Shown: positions 9,134-24,193 of the stretch, one piece after another
How the letters are laid out: each line of letters begins with the position of its first letter
How positions within the stretch are numbered: the first letter of the stretch is position 1
Assembly: GCA_964016885.1 (NCBI GenBank)
Contig: OZ024743.1
Location: 92,628,001 to 92,692,000, forward strand
Direction: 5' to 3'
DNA length: 64,000 nt
Source: Eledone cirrhosa
Lineage: Eukaryota
Notes under the pieces: model-generated
What the model was told of the DNA's origin: nothing
What the model saw: only the letters and a program-made list of their open reading frames with translations
The model's database searches: none
Program-made: the position numbers and the translations under genes

Positions 9134-10393
9134 TTATTTTTTTTTAAAATTAATTTCTTTTCAGAGCTGTTTATTTTTTACTTGGGTGAGCGCTTAGGAA
9201 ACCGAGCTGCTGTAAACATTTCCCTTTTTCTTTCTTTAGTTAGTTTGATTTGCAAGCTTTTCTCTCCACTGTCTGTTAGTTTCAAAATAATTATGCACGC
9301 AAACTTTTTCCTTTCTTTCAACTCTACCCTTCGCATACAAACTACTGCAAACGTCTTATAGGCTACCGACTGCAAAAACAGAGTTTGTTGATAATTTCAG
9401 ATATTTCAAAGTTTTATTCCCTCCGCCTTCGGAAGTAGTGAGCCTGCTATATACGCTAGAAATTATTTATTGAACAAAGATTTGGCTGCTTTTTCTAGCA
9501 TGTAAAATGAGGGTCCATTTATACCACTTTCCATCATAATCAGAAACCATCATTTTAACACCGAGATTCAAAGAAAAGCTCCCATCACAACTGCTATCAC
9601 TTTCGCATTTCCCTCTGAAAATATTAAATCGAAACGAAAGAAAGTATTGAGCCAACACTAAGTGTGTCGATCGGTCACATAACGGGTTCCGGAGCCTACC
9701 TGTAATAGCTTTTGATACTAGAAAACACACTGGCAACCTTACTGCGGATGATAGCGAGTCTAAGAAGCTGATACAACCAAGCAGACTCGCAGTCAGCGTC
9801 TGATACCTCGGTAAGGCGAGTGGCCAACTATGACAAAAAGTTCGTTGTTAGTGGACCAGCTCCTGCAAACGTCTTAGAAGCTACAGGCTGGAAAAACAGA
9901 GTTTGTTGATAATTTCCGATGTTTCAAAGTTATATTCCGTCCGCCTTCGGAAGTAGTGAGCCTGCTATATACTCTAGAAAATATTTATTGAACAAAGATT
10001 TGGCTGCTTTTTCTAGCATGTAAAATGAGCACATTTCTTTAGAGCCGTTCGAATCGAAGATGATGGACATGTGTAATAATTAATTAGGAATGGGTATCGT
10101 AGCTAGTTATTTGGCCGAGTTATATAAACAAAAAGAGAACATAAGTTTTAAAGACAGCAATATCGACAACTATGCGATACTCTCGTAGTTAATAACGTGT
10201 GCTAATTTATAAATTAGATGAGATTTATGTAAAAGTTTATTAAGCAACCTAAATTGCTTGAAAATACTATGTTCTATGGTTGAAAGTATGAAAAATGTAA
10301 AACAGAAAATTAAAGTATAAAAATTACTGTAAAAGAAAGGTGTTTAGTGAGTTGTTTTATACAATAAAACTATTAAATTGAGTGTAAGCTTTC

Positions 10394-10513
10394 GTTTACG
10401 GCCATATCCCGCTGAAAACACCGGTTCTCGTCCGATCACCGAAGTTAAGCAACGTCGAGCCTAGTTAGTACTTGGATGGGTGACCGCTTGGGAACCCTAG
10501 GTGCCGTAAGCGT
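10394..10513 (+). rRNA. 5S rRNA: 5S rRNA
   Basis: Matches copy 1. Confidence 0.98.
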
Positions 10514-11773
10514 TTATTTTTTTTTAAAATTAATTTCTTTTCAGAGCTGTTTATTTTTTACTTGGGTGAGCGCTTAGGAAACCGAGCTGCTGTAAACATT
10601 TCCCTTTTTCTTTCTTTAGTTAGTTTGATTTGCAAGCTTTTCTCTCCACTGTCTGTTAGTTTCAAAATAATTATGCACGCAAACTTTTTCCTTTCTTTCA
10701 ACTCTACCCTTCGCATACAAACTACTGCAAACGTCTTATAGGCTACCGACTGCAAAAACAGAGTTTGTTGATAATTTCAGATATTTCAAAGTTTTATTCC
10801 CTCCGCCTTCGGAAGTAGTGAGCCTGCTATATACGCTAGAAATTATTTATTGAACAAAGATTTGGCTGCTTTTTCTAGCATGTAAAATGAGGGTCCATTT
10901 ATACCACTTTCCATCATAATCAGAAACCATCATTTTAACACCGAGATTCAAAGAAAAGCTCCCATCACAACTGCTATCACTTTCGCATTTCCCTCTGAAA
11001 ATATTAAATCGAAACGAAAGAAAGTATTGAGCCAACACTAAGTGTGTCGATCGGTCACATAACGGGTTCCGGAGCCTACCTGTAATAGCTTTTGATACTA
11101 GAAAACACACTGGCAACCTTACTGCGGATGATAGCGAGTCTAAGAAGCTGATACAACCAAGCAGACTCGCAGTCAGCGTCTGATACCTCGGTAAGGCGAG
11201 TGGCCAACTATGACAAAAAGTTCGTTGTTAGTGGACCAGCTCCTGCAAACGTCTTAGAAGCTACAGGCTGGAAAAACAGAGTTTGTTGATAATTTCCGAT
11301 GTTTCAAAGTTATATTCCGTCCGCCTTCGGAAGTAGTGAGCCTGCTATATACTCTAGAAAATATTTATTGAACAAAGATTTGGCTGCTTTTTCTAGCATG
11401 TAAAATGAGCACATTTCTTTAGAGCCGTTCGAATCGAAGATGATGGACATGTGTAATAATTAATTAGGAATGGGTATCGTAGCTAGTTATTTGGCCGAGT
11501 TATATAAACAAAAAGAGAACATAAGTTTTAAAGACAGCAATATCGACAACTATGCGATACTCTCGTAGTTAATAACGTGTGCTAATTTATAAATTAGATG
11601 AGATTTATGTAAAAGTTTATTAAGCAACCTAAATTGCTTGAAAATACTATGTTCTATGGTTGAAAGTATGAAAAATGTAAAACAGAAAATTAAAGTATAA
11701 AAATTACTGTAAAAGAAAGGTGTTTAGTGAGTTGTTTTATACAATAAAACTATTAAATTGAGTGTAAAATTTC

Positions 11774-11893
11774 GTTTACGGCCATATCCCGCTGAAAACA
11801 CCGGTTCTCGTCCGATCACCGAAGTTAAGCAACGTCGAGCCTAGTTAGTACTTGGATGGGTGACCGCTTGGGAACCCTAGGTGCCGTAAGCGT
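11774..11893 (+). rRNA. 5S rRNA: 5S rRNA
   Basis: Matches copy 1. Confidence 0.98.
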
Positions 11894-13153
11894 TTATTTT
11901 TTTAAAAAATTAATTTCTTTTCAGAGCTGTTTATTTTTTACTTGGGTGAGCGCTTAGGAAACCGAGCTGCTGTAAACATTTCCCCTTTTCTTTCTTTAGT
12001 TAGTTTGATTTGCAAGCTTTTCTCTCCAGTGTCTGTTAGTTTCAAAATAATTATGCACGCAAACTTTTTCCTTTCTTTCAACTCTACCCTTCGCATACAC
12101 ACTACTGCAAACGTCTTATAGGCTACCGACTGCAAAAACAGAGTTTGTTGATAATTTCAGATATTTCAAAGTTTTATTCCGTCCGCCTTCGGAAGTAGTG
12201 AGCCTGCTATATACGCTAGAAATTATTTATTGAACAAAGATTTGGCTGCTTTTTCTAGCATGTAAAATGAGGGTCCATTTATACCACTTTCCATCATAAT
12301 CAGAAACCATCATTTTAACACCGAGATTCAAAGAAAAGCTCCCATCACAACTGCTATCACTTTCGCATTTCCCTCTGAAAATATTAAATCGAAACGAAAG
12401 AAAGTATTGAGCCAACACTAAGTGTGTCGATCGGTCACATAACGGGTTCCGGAGCCTACCTGTAATAGCTTTTGATACTAGAAAACACACTGGCAACCTT
12501 ACTGCGGATGATAGCGAGTCTAAGAAGCTGATACAACCAAGCAGACTCGCAGTCAGCGTCTGATACCTCGGTAAGGCGAGTGGCCAACTATGACAAAAAG
12601 TTCGTTGTTAGTGGACCAGCTCCTGCAAACGTCTTAGAAGCTACAGGCTGGAAAAACAGAGTTTGTTGATAATTTCCGATGTTTCAAAGTTATATTCCGT
12701 CCGCCTTCGGAAGTAGTGAGCCTGCTATATACTCTAGAAAATATTTATTGAACAAAGATTTGGCTGCTTTTTCTAGCATGTAAAATGAGCACATTTCTTT
12801 AGAGCCGTTCGAATCGAAGATGATGGACATGTGTAATAATTAATTCGGAATGGGTATCGTAGCTAGTTATTTGGCCGAGTTATATAAACAAAAAGAGAAC
12901 ATAAGTTTTAAAGACAGCAATATCGACAACTATGCGATACTCTCGTAGTTAATAACGTGTGCTAATTTAAAAGTTAGATGAGATTTATGCAAAAGTTTAT
13001 TAAGCAACCTAAATTGCTTGAAAATACTATGTTCTATGGTTGAAAGTATGAAAAATGTAAAATAGAAAATTAAAGTATAAAAATTACTGTAAAAGAAAGG
13101 TGTTTAGTGAGTTGTTTTATACAATAAAACTATTAAATTGAGTGTAAGCTTTC

Positions 13154-13273
13154 GTTTACGGCCATATCCCGCTGAAAACACCGGTTCTCGTCCGATCACC
13201 GAAGTTAAGCAACGTCGAGCCTAGTTAGTACTTGGATGGGTGACCGCTTGGGAACCCTAGGTGCCGTAAGCGT
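13154..13273 (+). rRNA. 5S rRNA: 5S rRNA
   Basis: Matches copy 1. Confidence 0.98.
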
Positions 13274-14533
13274 TTATTTTTTTTTAAAATTAATTTCTTT
13301 TCAGAGCTGTTTATTTTTTACTTGGGTGAGCGCTTAGGAAACCGAGCTGCTGTAAACATTTCCCTTTTTCTTTCTTTAGTTAGTTTGATTTGCAAGCTTT
13401 TCTCTCCACTGTCTGTTAGTTTCAAAATAATTATGCACGCAAACTTTTTCCTTTCTTTCAACTCTACCCTTCGCATACAAACTACTGCAAACGTCTTATA
13501 GGCTACCGACTGCAAAAACAGAGTTTGTTGATAATTTCAGATATTTCAAAGTTTTATTCCCTCCGCCTTCGGAAGTAGTGAGCCTGCTATATACGCTAGA
13601 AATTATTTATTGAACAAAGATTTGGCTGCTTTTTCTAGCATGTAAAATGAGGGTCCATTTATACCACTTTCCATCATAATCAGAAACCATCATTTTAACA
13701 CCGAGATTCAAAGAAAAGCTCCCATCACAACTGCTATCACTTTCGCATTTCCCTCTGAAAATATTAAATCGAAACGAAAGAAAGTATTGAGCCAACACTA
13801 AGTGTGTCGATCGGTCACATAACGGGTTCCGGAGCCTACCTGTAATAGCTTTTGATACTAGAAAACACACTGGCAACCTTACTGCGGATGATAGCGAGTC
13901 TAAGAAGCTGATACAACCAAGCAGACTCGCAGTCAGCGTCTGATACCTCGGTAAGGCGAGTGGCCAACTATGACAAAAAGTTCGTTGTTAGTGGACCAGC
14001 TCCTGCAAACGTCTTAGAAGCTACAGGCTGGAAAAACAGAGTTTGTTGATAATTTCCGATGTTTCAAAGTTATATTCCGTCCGCCTTCGGAAGTAGTGAG
14101 CCTGCTATATACTCTAGAAAATATTTATTGAACAAAGATTTGGCTGCTTTTTCTAGCATGTAAAATGAGCACATTTCTTTAGAGCCGTTCGAATCGAAGA
14201 TGATGGACATGTGTAATAATTAATTAGGAATGGGTATCGTAGCTAGTTATTTGGCCGAGTTATATAAACAAAAAGAGAACATAAGTTTTAAAGACAGCAA
14301 TATCGACAACTATGCGATACTCTCGTAGTTAATAACGTGTGCTAATTTATAAATTAGATGAGATTTATGTAAAAGTTTATTAAGCAACCTAAATTGCTTG
14401 AAAATACTATGTTCTATGGTTGAAAGTATGAAAAATGTAAAACAGAAAATTAAAGTATAAAAATTACTGTGAAAGAAAGGTGTTTAGTGAGTTGTTTTAT
14501 ACAATAAAACTATTAAATTGAGTGTAAAATTTC

Positions 14534-14653
14534 GTTTACGGCCATATCCCGCTGAAAACACCGGTTCTCGTCCGATCACCGAAGTTAAGCAACGTCGAGC
14601 CTAGTTAGTACTTGGATGGGTGACCGCTTGGGAACCCTAGGTGCCGTAAGCGT
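14534..14653 (+). rRNA. 5S rRNA: 5S rRNA
   Basis: Matches copy 1. Confidence 0.98.
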
Positions 14654-15913
14654 TTATTTTTTTTAAAAATTAATTTCTTTTCAGAGCTGTTTATTTTTTA
14701 CTTGGGTGAGCGCTTAGGAAACCGAGCTGCTGTAAACATTTCCCTTTTTCTTTCTTTAGTTAGTTTGATTTGCAAGCTTTTCTCTCCACTGTCTGTTAGT
14801 TTCAAAATAATTATGCACGCAAACTTTTTCCTTTCTTTCAACTCTACCCTTCGCATACAAACTACTGCAAACGTCTTATAGGCTACCGACTGCAAAAACA
14901 GAGTTTGTTGATAATTTCAGATATTTCAAAGTTTTATTCCGTCCGCCTTCGGAAGTAGTGAGCCTGCTATATACGCTAGAAATTATTTATTGAACAAAGA
15001 TTTGGCTGCTTTTTCTAGCATGTAAAATGAGGGTCCATTTATACCACTTTCCATCCTAATCAGAAACCATCAAGTTAACACCGAGATTCAAAGAAAAGCT
15101 CCCATCACAACTGCTATCACTTTCGCATTTCCCTCTGAAAATATTAAATCGAAACGAAAGAAAGTATTGAGCCAACACTAAGTGTGTCGATCGGTCACAT
15201 AACGGGTTCCGGAGCCTACCTGTAATAGCTTTTGATACTAGAAAACACACTGGCAACCTTACTGCGGATGATAGCGAGTCTAAGAAGCTGATACAACCAA
15301 GCAGACTCGCAGTCAGCGTCTGATACCTCGGTAAGGCGAGTGGCCAACTATGACAAAAAGTTCGTTGTTAGTGGACCAGCTCCTGCAAACGTCTTAGAAG
15401 CTACAGGCTGGAAAAACATAGTTTGTTGATAATTTCCGATGTTTCAAAGTTATATTCCGTCCGCCTTCGGAAGTAGTGAGCCTGCTATATACTCTAGAAA
15501 ATATTTATTGAACAAAGATTTGGCTGCTTTTTCTAGCATGTAAAATGAGCACATTTCTTTAGAGCCGTTCGAATCGAAGATGATGGACATGTGTAATAAT
15601 TAATTCGGAATGGGTATCGTAGCTAGTTATTTGGCCGAGTTATATAAACAAAAAGAGAACATAAGTTTTAAAGACAGCAATATCGACAACTATGCGATAC
15701 TCTCGTAGTTAATAACGTGTGCTAATTTAAAAGTTAGATGAGATTTATGCAAAAGTTTATTAAGCAACCTAAATTGCTTGAAAATACTATGTTCTATGGT
15801 TGAAAGTATGAAAAATGTAAAATAGAAAATTAAAGTATAAAAATTACTGTAAAAGAAAGGTGTTTAGTGAGTTGTTTTATACAATAAAACTATTAAATTG
15901 AGTGTAAGCTTTC

Positions 15914-16033
15914 GTTTACGGCCATATCCCGCTGAAAACACCGGTTCTCGTCCGATCACCGAAGTTAAGCAACGTCGAGCCTAGTTAGTACTTGGATGGG
16001 TGACCGCTTGGGAACCCTAGGTGCCGTAAGCGT
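15914..16033 (+). rRNA. 5S rRNA: 5S rRNA
   Basis: Matches copy 1. Confidence 0.98.
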
Positions 16034-17293
16034 TTATTTTTTTAAAAAATTAATTTCTTTTCAGAGCTGTTTATTTTTTACTTGGGTGAGCGCTTAGGAA
16101 ACCGAGCTGCTGTAAACATTTCCCTTTTTCTTTCTTTAGTTAGTTTGATTTGCAAGCTTTTCTCTCCACTGTCTGTTAGTTTCAAAATAATTATGCACGC
16201 AAACTTTTTCCTTTCTTTCAACTCTACCCTTCGCATACAAACTACTGCAAACGTCTTATAGGCTACCGACTGCAAAAACAGAGTTTGTTGATAATTTCAG
16301 ATATTTCAAAGTTTTATTCCGTCCGCCTTCGGAAGTAGTGAGCCTGCTATATACGCTAGAAATTATTTATTGAACAAAGATTTGGCTGCTTTTTCTAGCA
16401 TGTAAAATGAGGGTCCATTTATACCACTTTCCATCCTAATCAGAAACCATCAAGTTAACACCGAGATTCAAAGAAAAGCTCCCATCACAACTGCTATCAC
16501 TTTCGCATTTCCCTCTGAAAATATTAAATCGAAACGAAAGAAAGTATTGAGCCAACACTAAGTGTGTCGATCGGTCACATAACGGGTTCCGGAGCCTACC
16601 TGTAATAGCTTTTGATACTAGAAAACACACTGGCAACCTTACTGCGGATGATAGCGAGTCTAAGAAGCTGATACAACCAAGCAGACTCGCAGTCAGCGTC
16701 TGATACCTCGGTAAGGCGAGTGGCCAACTATGACAAAAAGTTCGTTGTTAGTGGACCAGCTCCTGCAAACGTCTTAGAAGCTACAGGCTGGAAAAACAGA
16801 GTTTGTTGATAATTTCCGATGTTTCAAAGTTATATTCCGTCCGCCTTCGGAAGTAGTGAGCCTGCTATATACTCTAGAAAATATTTATTGAACAAAGATT
16901 TGGCTGCTTTTTCTAGCATGTAAAATGAGCACATTTCTTTAGAGCCGTTCGAATCGAAGATGATGGACATGTGTAATAATTAATTAGGAATGGGTATCGT
17001 AGCTAGTTATTTGGCCGAGTTATATAAACAAAAAGAGAACATAAGTTTTAAAGACAGCAATATCGACAACTATGCGATACTCTCGTAGTTAATAACGTGT
17101 GCTAATTTATAAATTAGATGAGATTTATGTAAAAGTTTATTAAGCAACCTAAATTGCTTGAAAATACTATGTTCTATGGTTGAAAGTATGAAAAATGTAA
17201 AACAGAAAATTAAAGTATAAAAATTACTGTAAAAGAAAGGTGTTTAGTGAGTTGTTTTATACAATAAAACTATTAAATTGAGTGTAAGCTTTC

Positions 17294-17413
17294 GTTTACG
17301 GCCATATCCCGCTGAAAACACCGGTTCTCGTCCGATCACCGAAGTTAAGCAACGTCGAGCCTAGTTAGTACTTGGATGGGTGACCGCTTGGGAACCCTAG
17401 GTGCCGTAAGCGT
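17294..17413 (+). rRNA. 5S rRNA: 5S rRNA
   Basis: Matches copy 1. Confidence 0.98.
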
Positions 17414-18673
17414 TTATTTTTTTAAAAAATTAATTTCTTTTCAGAGCTGTTTATTTTTTACTTGGGTGAGCGCTTAGGAAACCGAGCTGCTGTAAACATT
17501 TCCCTTTTTCTTTCTTTAGTTAGTTTGATTTGCAAGCTTTTCTCTCCACTGTCTGTTAGTTTCAAAATAATTATGCACGCAAACTTTTTCCTTTCTTTCA
17601 ACTCTACCCTTCGCATACAAACTACTGCAAACGTCTTATAGGCTACCGACTGCAAAAACAGAGTTTGTTGATAATTTCAGATATTTCAAAGTTTTATTCC
17701 GTCCGCCTTCGGAAGTAGTGAGCCTGCTATATACGCTAGAAATTATTTATTGAACAAAGATTTGGCTGCTTTTTCTAGCATGTAAAATGAGGGTCCATTT
17801 ATACCACTTTCCATCCTAATCAGAAACCATCAAGTTAACACCGAGATTCAAAGAAAAGCTCCCATCACAACTGCTATCACTTTCGCATTTCCCTCTGAAA
17901 ATATTAAATCGAAACGAAAGAAAGTATTGAGCCAACACTAAGTGTGTCGATCGGTCACATAACGGGTTCCGGAGCCTACCTGTAATAGCTTTTGATACTA
18001 GAAAACACACTGGCAACCTTACTGCGGATGATAGCGAGTCTAAGAAGCTGATACAACCAAGCAGACTCGCAGTCAGCGTCTGATACCTCGGTAAGGCGAG
18101 TGGCCAACTATGACAAAAAGTTCGTTGTTAGTGGACCAGCTCCTGCAAACGTCTTAGAAGCTACAGGCTGGAAAAACAGAGTTTGTTGATAATTTCCGAT
18201 GTTTCAAAGTTATATTCCGTCCGCCTTCGGAAGTAGTGAGCCTGCTATATACTCTAGAAAATATTTATTGAACAAAGATTTGGCTGCTTTTTCTAGCATG
18301 TAAAATGAGCACATTTCTTTAGAGCCGTTCGAATCGAAGATGATGGACATGTGTAATAATTAATTAGGAATGGGTATCGTAGCTAGTTATTTGGCCGAGT
18401 TATATAAACAAAAAGAGAACATAAGTTTTAAAGACAGCAATATCGACAACTATGCGATACTCTCGTAGTTAATAACGTGTGCTAATTTATAAATTAGATG
18501 AGATTTATGTAAAAGTTTATTAAGCAACCTAAATTGCTTGAAAATACTATGTTCTATGGTTGAAAGTATGAAAAATGTAAAATAGAAAATTAAAGTATAA
18601 AAATTACTGTAAAAGAAAGGTGTTTAGTGAGTTGTTTTATACAATAAAACTATTAAATTGAGTGTAAGCTTTC

Positions 18674-18793
18674 GTTTACGGCCATATCCCGCTGAAAACA
18701 CCGGTTCTCGTCCGATCACCGAAGTTAAGCAATGTCGAGCCTAGTTAGTACTTGGATGGGTGACCGCTTGGGAACCCTAGGTGCCGTAAGCGT
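18674..18793 (+). rRNA. 5S rRNA: 5S rRNA (variant C60T)
   Basis: Matches copy 1 except C>T at 18733. Confidence 0.97.
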
Positions 18794-20053
18794 TTATTTT
18801 TTTAAAAAATTAATTTCTTTTCAGAGCTGTTTATTTTTTACTTGGGTGAGCGCTTAGGAAACCGAGCTGCTGTAAACATTTCCCTTTTTCTTTCTTTAGT
18901 TAGTTTGATTTGCAAGCTTTTCTCTCCACTGTCTGTTAGTTTCAAAATAATTATGCACGCAAACTTTTTCCTTTCTTTCAACTCTACCCTTCGCATACAC
19001 ACTACTGCAAACATCTTATAGGCTACCGACTGCAAAAACAGAGTTTGTTGATAATTTCAGATATTTCAAAGTTTTATTCCGTCCGCCTTCGGAAGTAGTG
19101 AGCCTGCTATATACGCTAGAAATTATTTATTGAACAAAGATTTGGCTGCTTTTTCTAGCATGTAAAATGAGGGTCCATTTATACCACTTTCCATCATAAT
19201 CAGAAACCATCATTTTAACACCGAGATTCAAAGAAAAGCTCCCATCACAACTGCTATCACTTTCGCATTTCCCTCTGAAAATATTAAATCGAAACGAAAG
19301 AAAGTATTGAGCCAACACTAAGTGTGTCGATCGGTCACATAACGGGTTCCGGAGCCTACCTGTAATAGCTTTTGATACTAGAAAACACACTGGCAACCTT
19401 ACTGCGGATGATAGCGAGTCTAAGAAGCTGATACAACCAAGCAGACTCGCAGTCAGCGTCTGATACCTCGGTAAGGCGAGTGGCCAACTATGACAAAAAG
19501 TTCGTTGTTAGTGGACCAGCTCCTGCAAACGTCTTAGAAGCTACAGGCTGGAAAAACATACTTTGTTGATAATTTCCGATGTTTCAAAGTTATATTCCGT
19601 CCGCCTTCGGAAGTAGTGAGCCTGCTATATACTCTAGAAAATATTTATTGAACAAAGATTTGGCTGCTTTTTCTAGCATGTAAAATGAGCACATTTCTTT
19701 AGAGCCGTTCGAATCGAAGATGATGGACATGTGTAATAATTAATTCGGAATGGGTATCGTAGCTAGTTATTTGGCCGAGTTATATAAACAAAAAGAGAAC
19801 ATAAGTTTTAAAGACAGCAATATCGACAACTATGCGATACTCTCGTAGTTAATAACGTGTGCTAATTTAAAAGTTAGATGAGATTTATGTAAAAGTTTAT
19901 TAAGCAACCTAAATTGCTTGAAAATACTATGTTCTATGGTTGAAAGTATGAAAAATGTAAAATAGAAAATTAAAGTATAAAAATTACTGTAAAAGAAAGG
20001 TGTTTAGTGAGTTGTTTTATACAATAAAACTATTAAATTGAGTGTAAGCTTTC

Positions 20054-20173
20054 GTTTACGGCCATATCCCGCTGAAAACACCGGTTCTCGTCCGATCACC
20101 GAAGTTAAGCAACGTCGAGCCTAGTTAGTACTTGGATGGGTGACCGCTTGGGAACCCTAGGTGCCGTAAGCGT
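20054..20173 (+). rRNA. 5S rRNA: 5S rRNA
   Basis: Matches copy 1. Confidence 0.98.
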
Positions 20174-21433
20174 TTATTTTTTTTAAAAATTAATTTCTTT
20201 TCAGAGCTGTTTATTTTTTACTTGGGTGAGCGCTTAGGAAACCGAGCTGCTGTAAACATTTCCCTTTTTCTTTCTTTAGTTAGTTTGATTTGCAAGCTTT
20301 TCTCTCCACTGTCTGTTAGTTTCAAAATAATTATGCACGCAAACTTTTTCCTTTCTTTCAACTCTACCCTTCGCATACACACTACTGCAAACGTCTTATA
20401 GGCTACCGACTGCAAAAACAGAGTTTGTTGATAATTTCAGATATTTCAAAGTTTTATTCCGTCCGCCTTCGGAAGTAGTGAGCCTGCTATATACGCTAGA
20501 AATTATTTATTGAACAAAGATTTGGCTGCTTTTTCTAGCATGTAAAATGAGGGTCCATTTATACCACTTTCCATCATAATCAGAAACCATCATTTTAACA
20601 CCGAGATTCAAAGAAAAGCTCCCATCACAACTGCTATCACTTTCGCATTTCCCTCTGAAAATATTAAATCGAAACGAAAGAAAGTATTGAGCCAACACTA
20701 AGTGTGTCGATCGGTCACATAACGGGTTCCGGAGCCTACCTGTAATAGCTTTTGATACTAGAAAACACACTGGCAACCTTACTGCGGATGATAGCGAGTC
20801 TAAGAAGCTGATACAACCAAGCAGACTCGCAGTCAGCGTCTGATACCTCGGTAAGGCGAGTGGCCAACTATGACAAAAAGTTCGTTGTTAGTGGACCAGC
20901 TCCTGCAAACGTCTTAGAAGCTACAGGCTGGAAAAACAGAGTTTGTTGATAATTTCCGATGTTTCAAAGTTATATTCCGTCCGCCTTCGGAAGTAGTGAG
21001 CCTGCTATATACTCTAGAAAATATTTATTGAACAAAGATTTGGCTGCTTTTTCTAGCATGTAAAATGAGCACATTTCTTTAGAGCCGTTCGAATCGAAGA
21101 TGATGGACATGTGTAATAATTAATTCGGAATGGGTATCGTAGCTAGTTATTTGGCCGAGTTATATAAACAAAAAGAGAACATAAGTTTTAAAGACAGCAA
21201 TATCGACAACTATGCGATACTCTCGTAGTTAATAACGTGTGCTAATTTAAAAGTTAGATGAGATTTATGTAAAAGTTTATTAAGCAACCTAAATTGCTTG
21301 AAAATACTATGTTCTATGGTTGAAAGTATGAAAAATGTAAAATAGAAAATTAAAGTATAAAAATTACTGTAAAAGAAAGGTATTTAGTGAGTTGTTTTAT
21401 ACAATAAAACTATTAAATTGAGTGTAAGCTTTC

Positions 21434-21553
21434 GTTTACGGCCATATCCCGCTGAAAACACCGGTTCTCGTCCGATCACCGAAGTTAAGCAACGTCGAGC
21501 CTAGTTAGTACTTGGATGGGTGACCGCTTGGGAACCCTAGGTGCCGTAAGCGT
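21434..21553 (+). rRNA. 5S rRNA: 5S rRNA
   Basis: Matches copy 1. Confidence 0.98.
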
Positions 21554-22813
21554 TTATTTTTTTAAAAAGTTAATTTCTTTTCAGAGCTGTTTATTTTTTA
21601 CTTGGGTGAGCGCTTAGGAAACCGAGCTGCTGTAAACATTTCCCTTTTTCTTTCTTTAGTTAGTTTGATTTGCAAGCTTTTCTCTCCAGTGTCTGTTAGT
21701 TTCAAAATAATTATGCACGCAAACTTTTTCCTTTCTTTCAACTCTACCCTTCGCATACACACTACTGCAAACGTCTTATAGGCTACCGACTGCAAAAACA
21801 GAGTTTGTTGATAATTTCAGATATTTCAAACTTTTATTCCGTCTGCCTTCGGAAGTAGTGAGCCTGCTATATACGCTAGAAAATATTTATTGAACAAAGA
21901 TTTGGCTGCTTTTTCTAGCATGTAAAATGAGGGTCCATTTATACCACTTTCCATCCTAATCAGAAACCATCAAGTTAACACCGAGATTCAAAGAAAAGCT
22001 CCCATCACAACTGCTATCACTTTCGCATTTCCCTCTGAAAATATTAAATCGAAACGAAAGAAAGTATTGAGCCAACACTAAGTGTGACGATCGGTCACAT
22101 AACGGGTTCCGGAGCCTACCTGTAATAGCTTTTGATACTAGAAAACACACTGGCAACCTTACTGCGGATGATAGCGAGTCTAAGAAGCTGATACAACCAA
22201 GCAGACTCGCAGTCAGCGTCTGATACCTCGGTAAGGCGAGTGGCCAACTATGACAAAAAGTTCGTTGTTAGTGGACCAGCTCCTGCAAACGTCTTAGAAG
22301 CTACAGGCTGGAAAAACAGAGTTTGTTGATAATTTCCGATGTTTCAAAGTTATATTCCGTCCGCCTTCGGAAGTAGTGAGCCTGCTATATACTCTAGAAA
22401 ATATTTATTGAACAAAGATTTGGCTGCTTTTTCTAGCATGTAAAATGAGCACATTTCTTTAGAGCCGTTCGAATCGAAGATGATGGACATGTGTAATAAT
22501 TAATTAGGAATGGGTATCGTAGCTAGTTATTTGGCCGAGTTATATAAACAAAAAGAGAACATAAGTTTTAAAGACAGCAACATCGACAACTATGCGATAC
22601 TCTCGTAGTTAATAACGTGTGCTAATTTAAAAGTTAGATGAGATTCATGTAAAAGTTTATTAAGCAACCTAAATTGCTTGAAAATACTATGTTCTATGGT
22701 TGAAAGTATGAAAAATGTAAAATAGAAAATTAAAGTATAAAAATTACTGTAAAAGAAAGGTGTTTAGTGAGTTGTTTTATACAATAAAACTATTAAATTG
22801 AGTGTAAGCTTTC

Positions 22814-22933
22814 GTTTACGGCCATATCCCGCTGAAAACACCGGTTCTCGTCCGATCACCGAAGTTAAGCAACGTCGAGCCTAGTTAGTACTTGGATGGG
22901 TGACCGCTTGGGAACCCTAGGTGCCGTAAGCGT
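22814..22933 (+). rRNA. 5S rRNA: 5S rRNA
   Basis: Matches copy 1. Confidence 0.98.
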
Positions 22934-24193
22934 TTATTTTTTTTAAAAATTAATTTCTTTTCAGAGCTGTTTATTTTTTACTTGGGTGAGCGCTTAGGAA
23001 ACCGAGCTGCTGCAAACATTTCCCTTTTTCTTTCTTTAGTTAGTTTGATTTGCAAGCTTTTCTCTCCAGTGTCTGTTAGTTTCAAAATAATTATGCACGC
23101 AAACTTTTTCCTTTCTTTCAACTCTACCCTTCGCATACACACTACTGCAAACGTCTTATAGGCTACCGACTGCAAAAACAGAGTTTGTTGATAATTTCAG
23201 ATATTTCAAACTTTTATTCCGTCTGCCTTCGGAAGTAGTGAGCCTGCTATATACGCTAGAAAATATTTATTGAACAAAGATTTGGCTGCTTTTTCTAGCA
23301 TGTAAAATGAGGGTCCATTTATACCACTTTCCATCCTAATCAGAAACCATCAAGTTAACACCGAGATTCAAAGAAAAGCTCCCATCACAACTGCTATCAC
23401 TTTCGCATTTCCCTCTGAAAATATTAAATCGAAACGAAAGAAAGTATTGAGCCAACACTAAGTGTGTCGATCGGTCACATAACGGGTTCCGGAGCCTACC
23501 TGTAATAGCTTTTGATACTAGAAAACACACTGGCAACCTTACTGCGGATGATAGCGAGTCTAAGAAGCTGATACAACCAAGCAGACTCGCAGTCAGCGTC
23601 TGATACCTCGGTAAGGCGAGTGGCCAACTATGACAAAAAGTTCGTTGTTAGTGGACCAGCTCCTGCAAACGTCTTAGAAGCTACAGGCTGGAAAAACATA
23701 GTTTGTTGATAATTTCCGATGTTTCAAAGTTATATTCCGTCCGCCTTCGGAAGTAGTGAGCCTGCTATATACTCTAGAAAATATTTATTGAACAAAGATT
23801 TGGCTGCTTTTTCTAGCATGTAAAATGAGCACATTTCTTTAGAGCCGTTCGAATCGAAGATGATGGACATGTGTAATAATTAATTAGGAATGGGTATCGT
23901 AGCTAGTTATTTGGCCGAGTTATATAAACAAAAAGAGAACATAAGTTTTAAAGACAGCAATATCGACAACTATGCGATACTCTCGTAGTTAATAACGTGT
24001 GCTAATTTAAAAGTTAGATGAGATTTATGCAAAAGTTTATTAAGCAACCTAAATTGCTTGAAAATACTATGTTCTATGGTTGAAAGTATGAAAAATGTAA
24101 AATAGAAAATTAAAGTATAAAAATTACTGTAAAAGAAAGGTGTTTAGTGAGTTGTTTTATACAATAAAACTATTAAATTGAGTGTAAGCTTTC

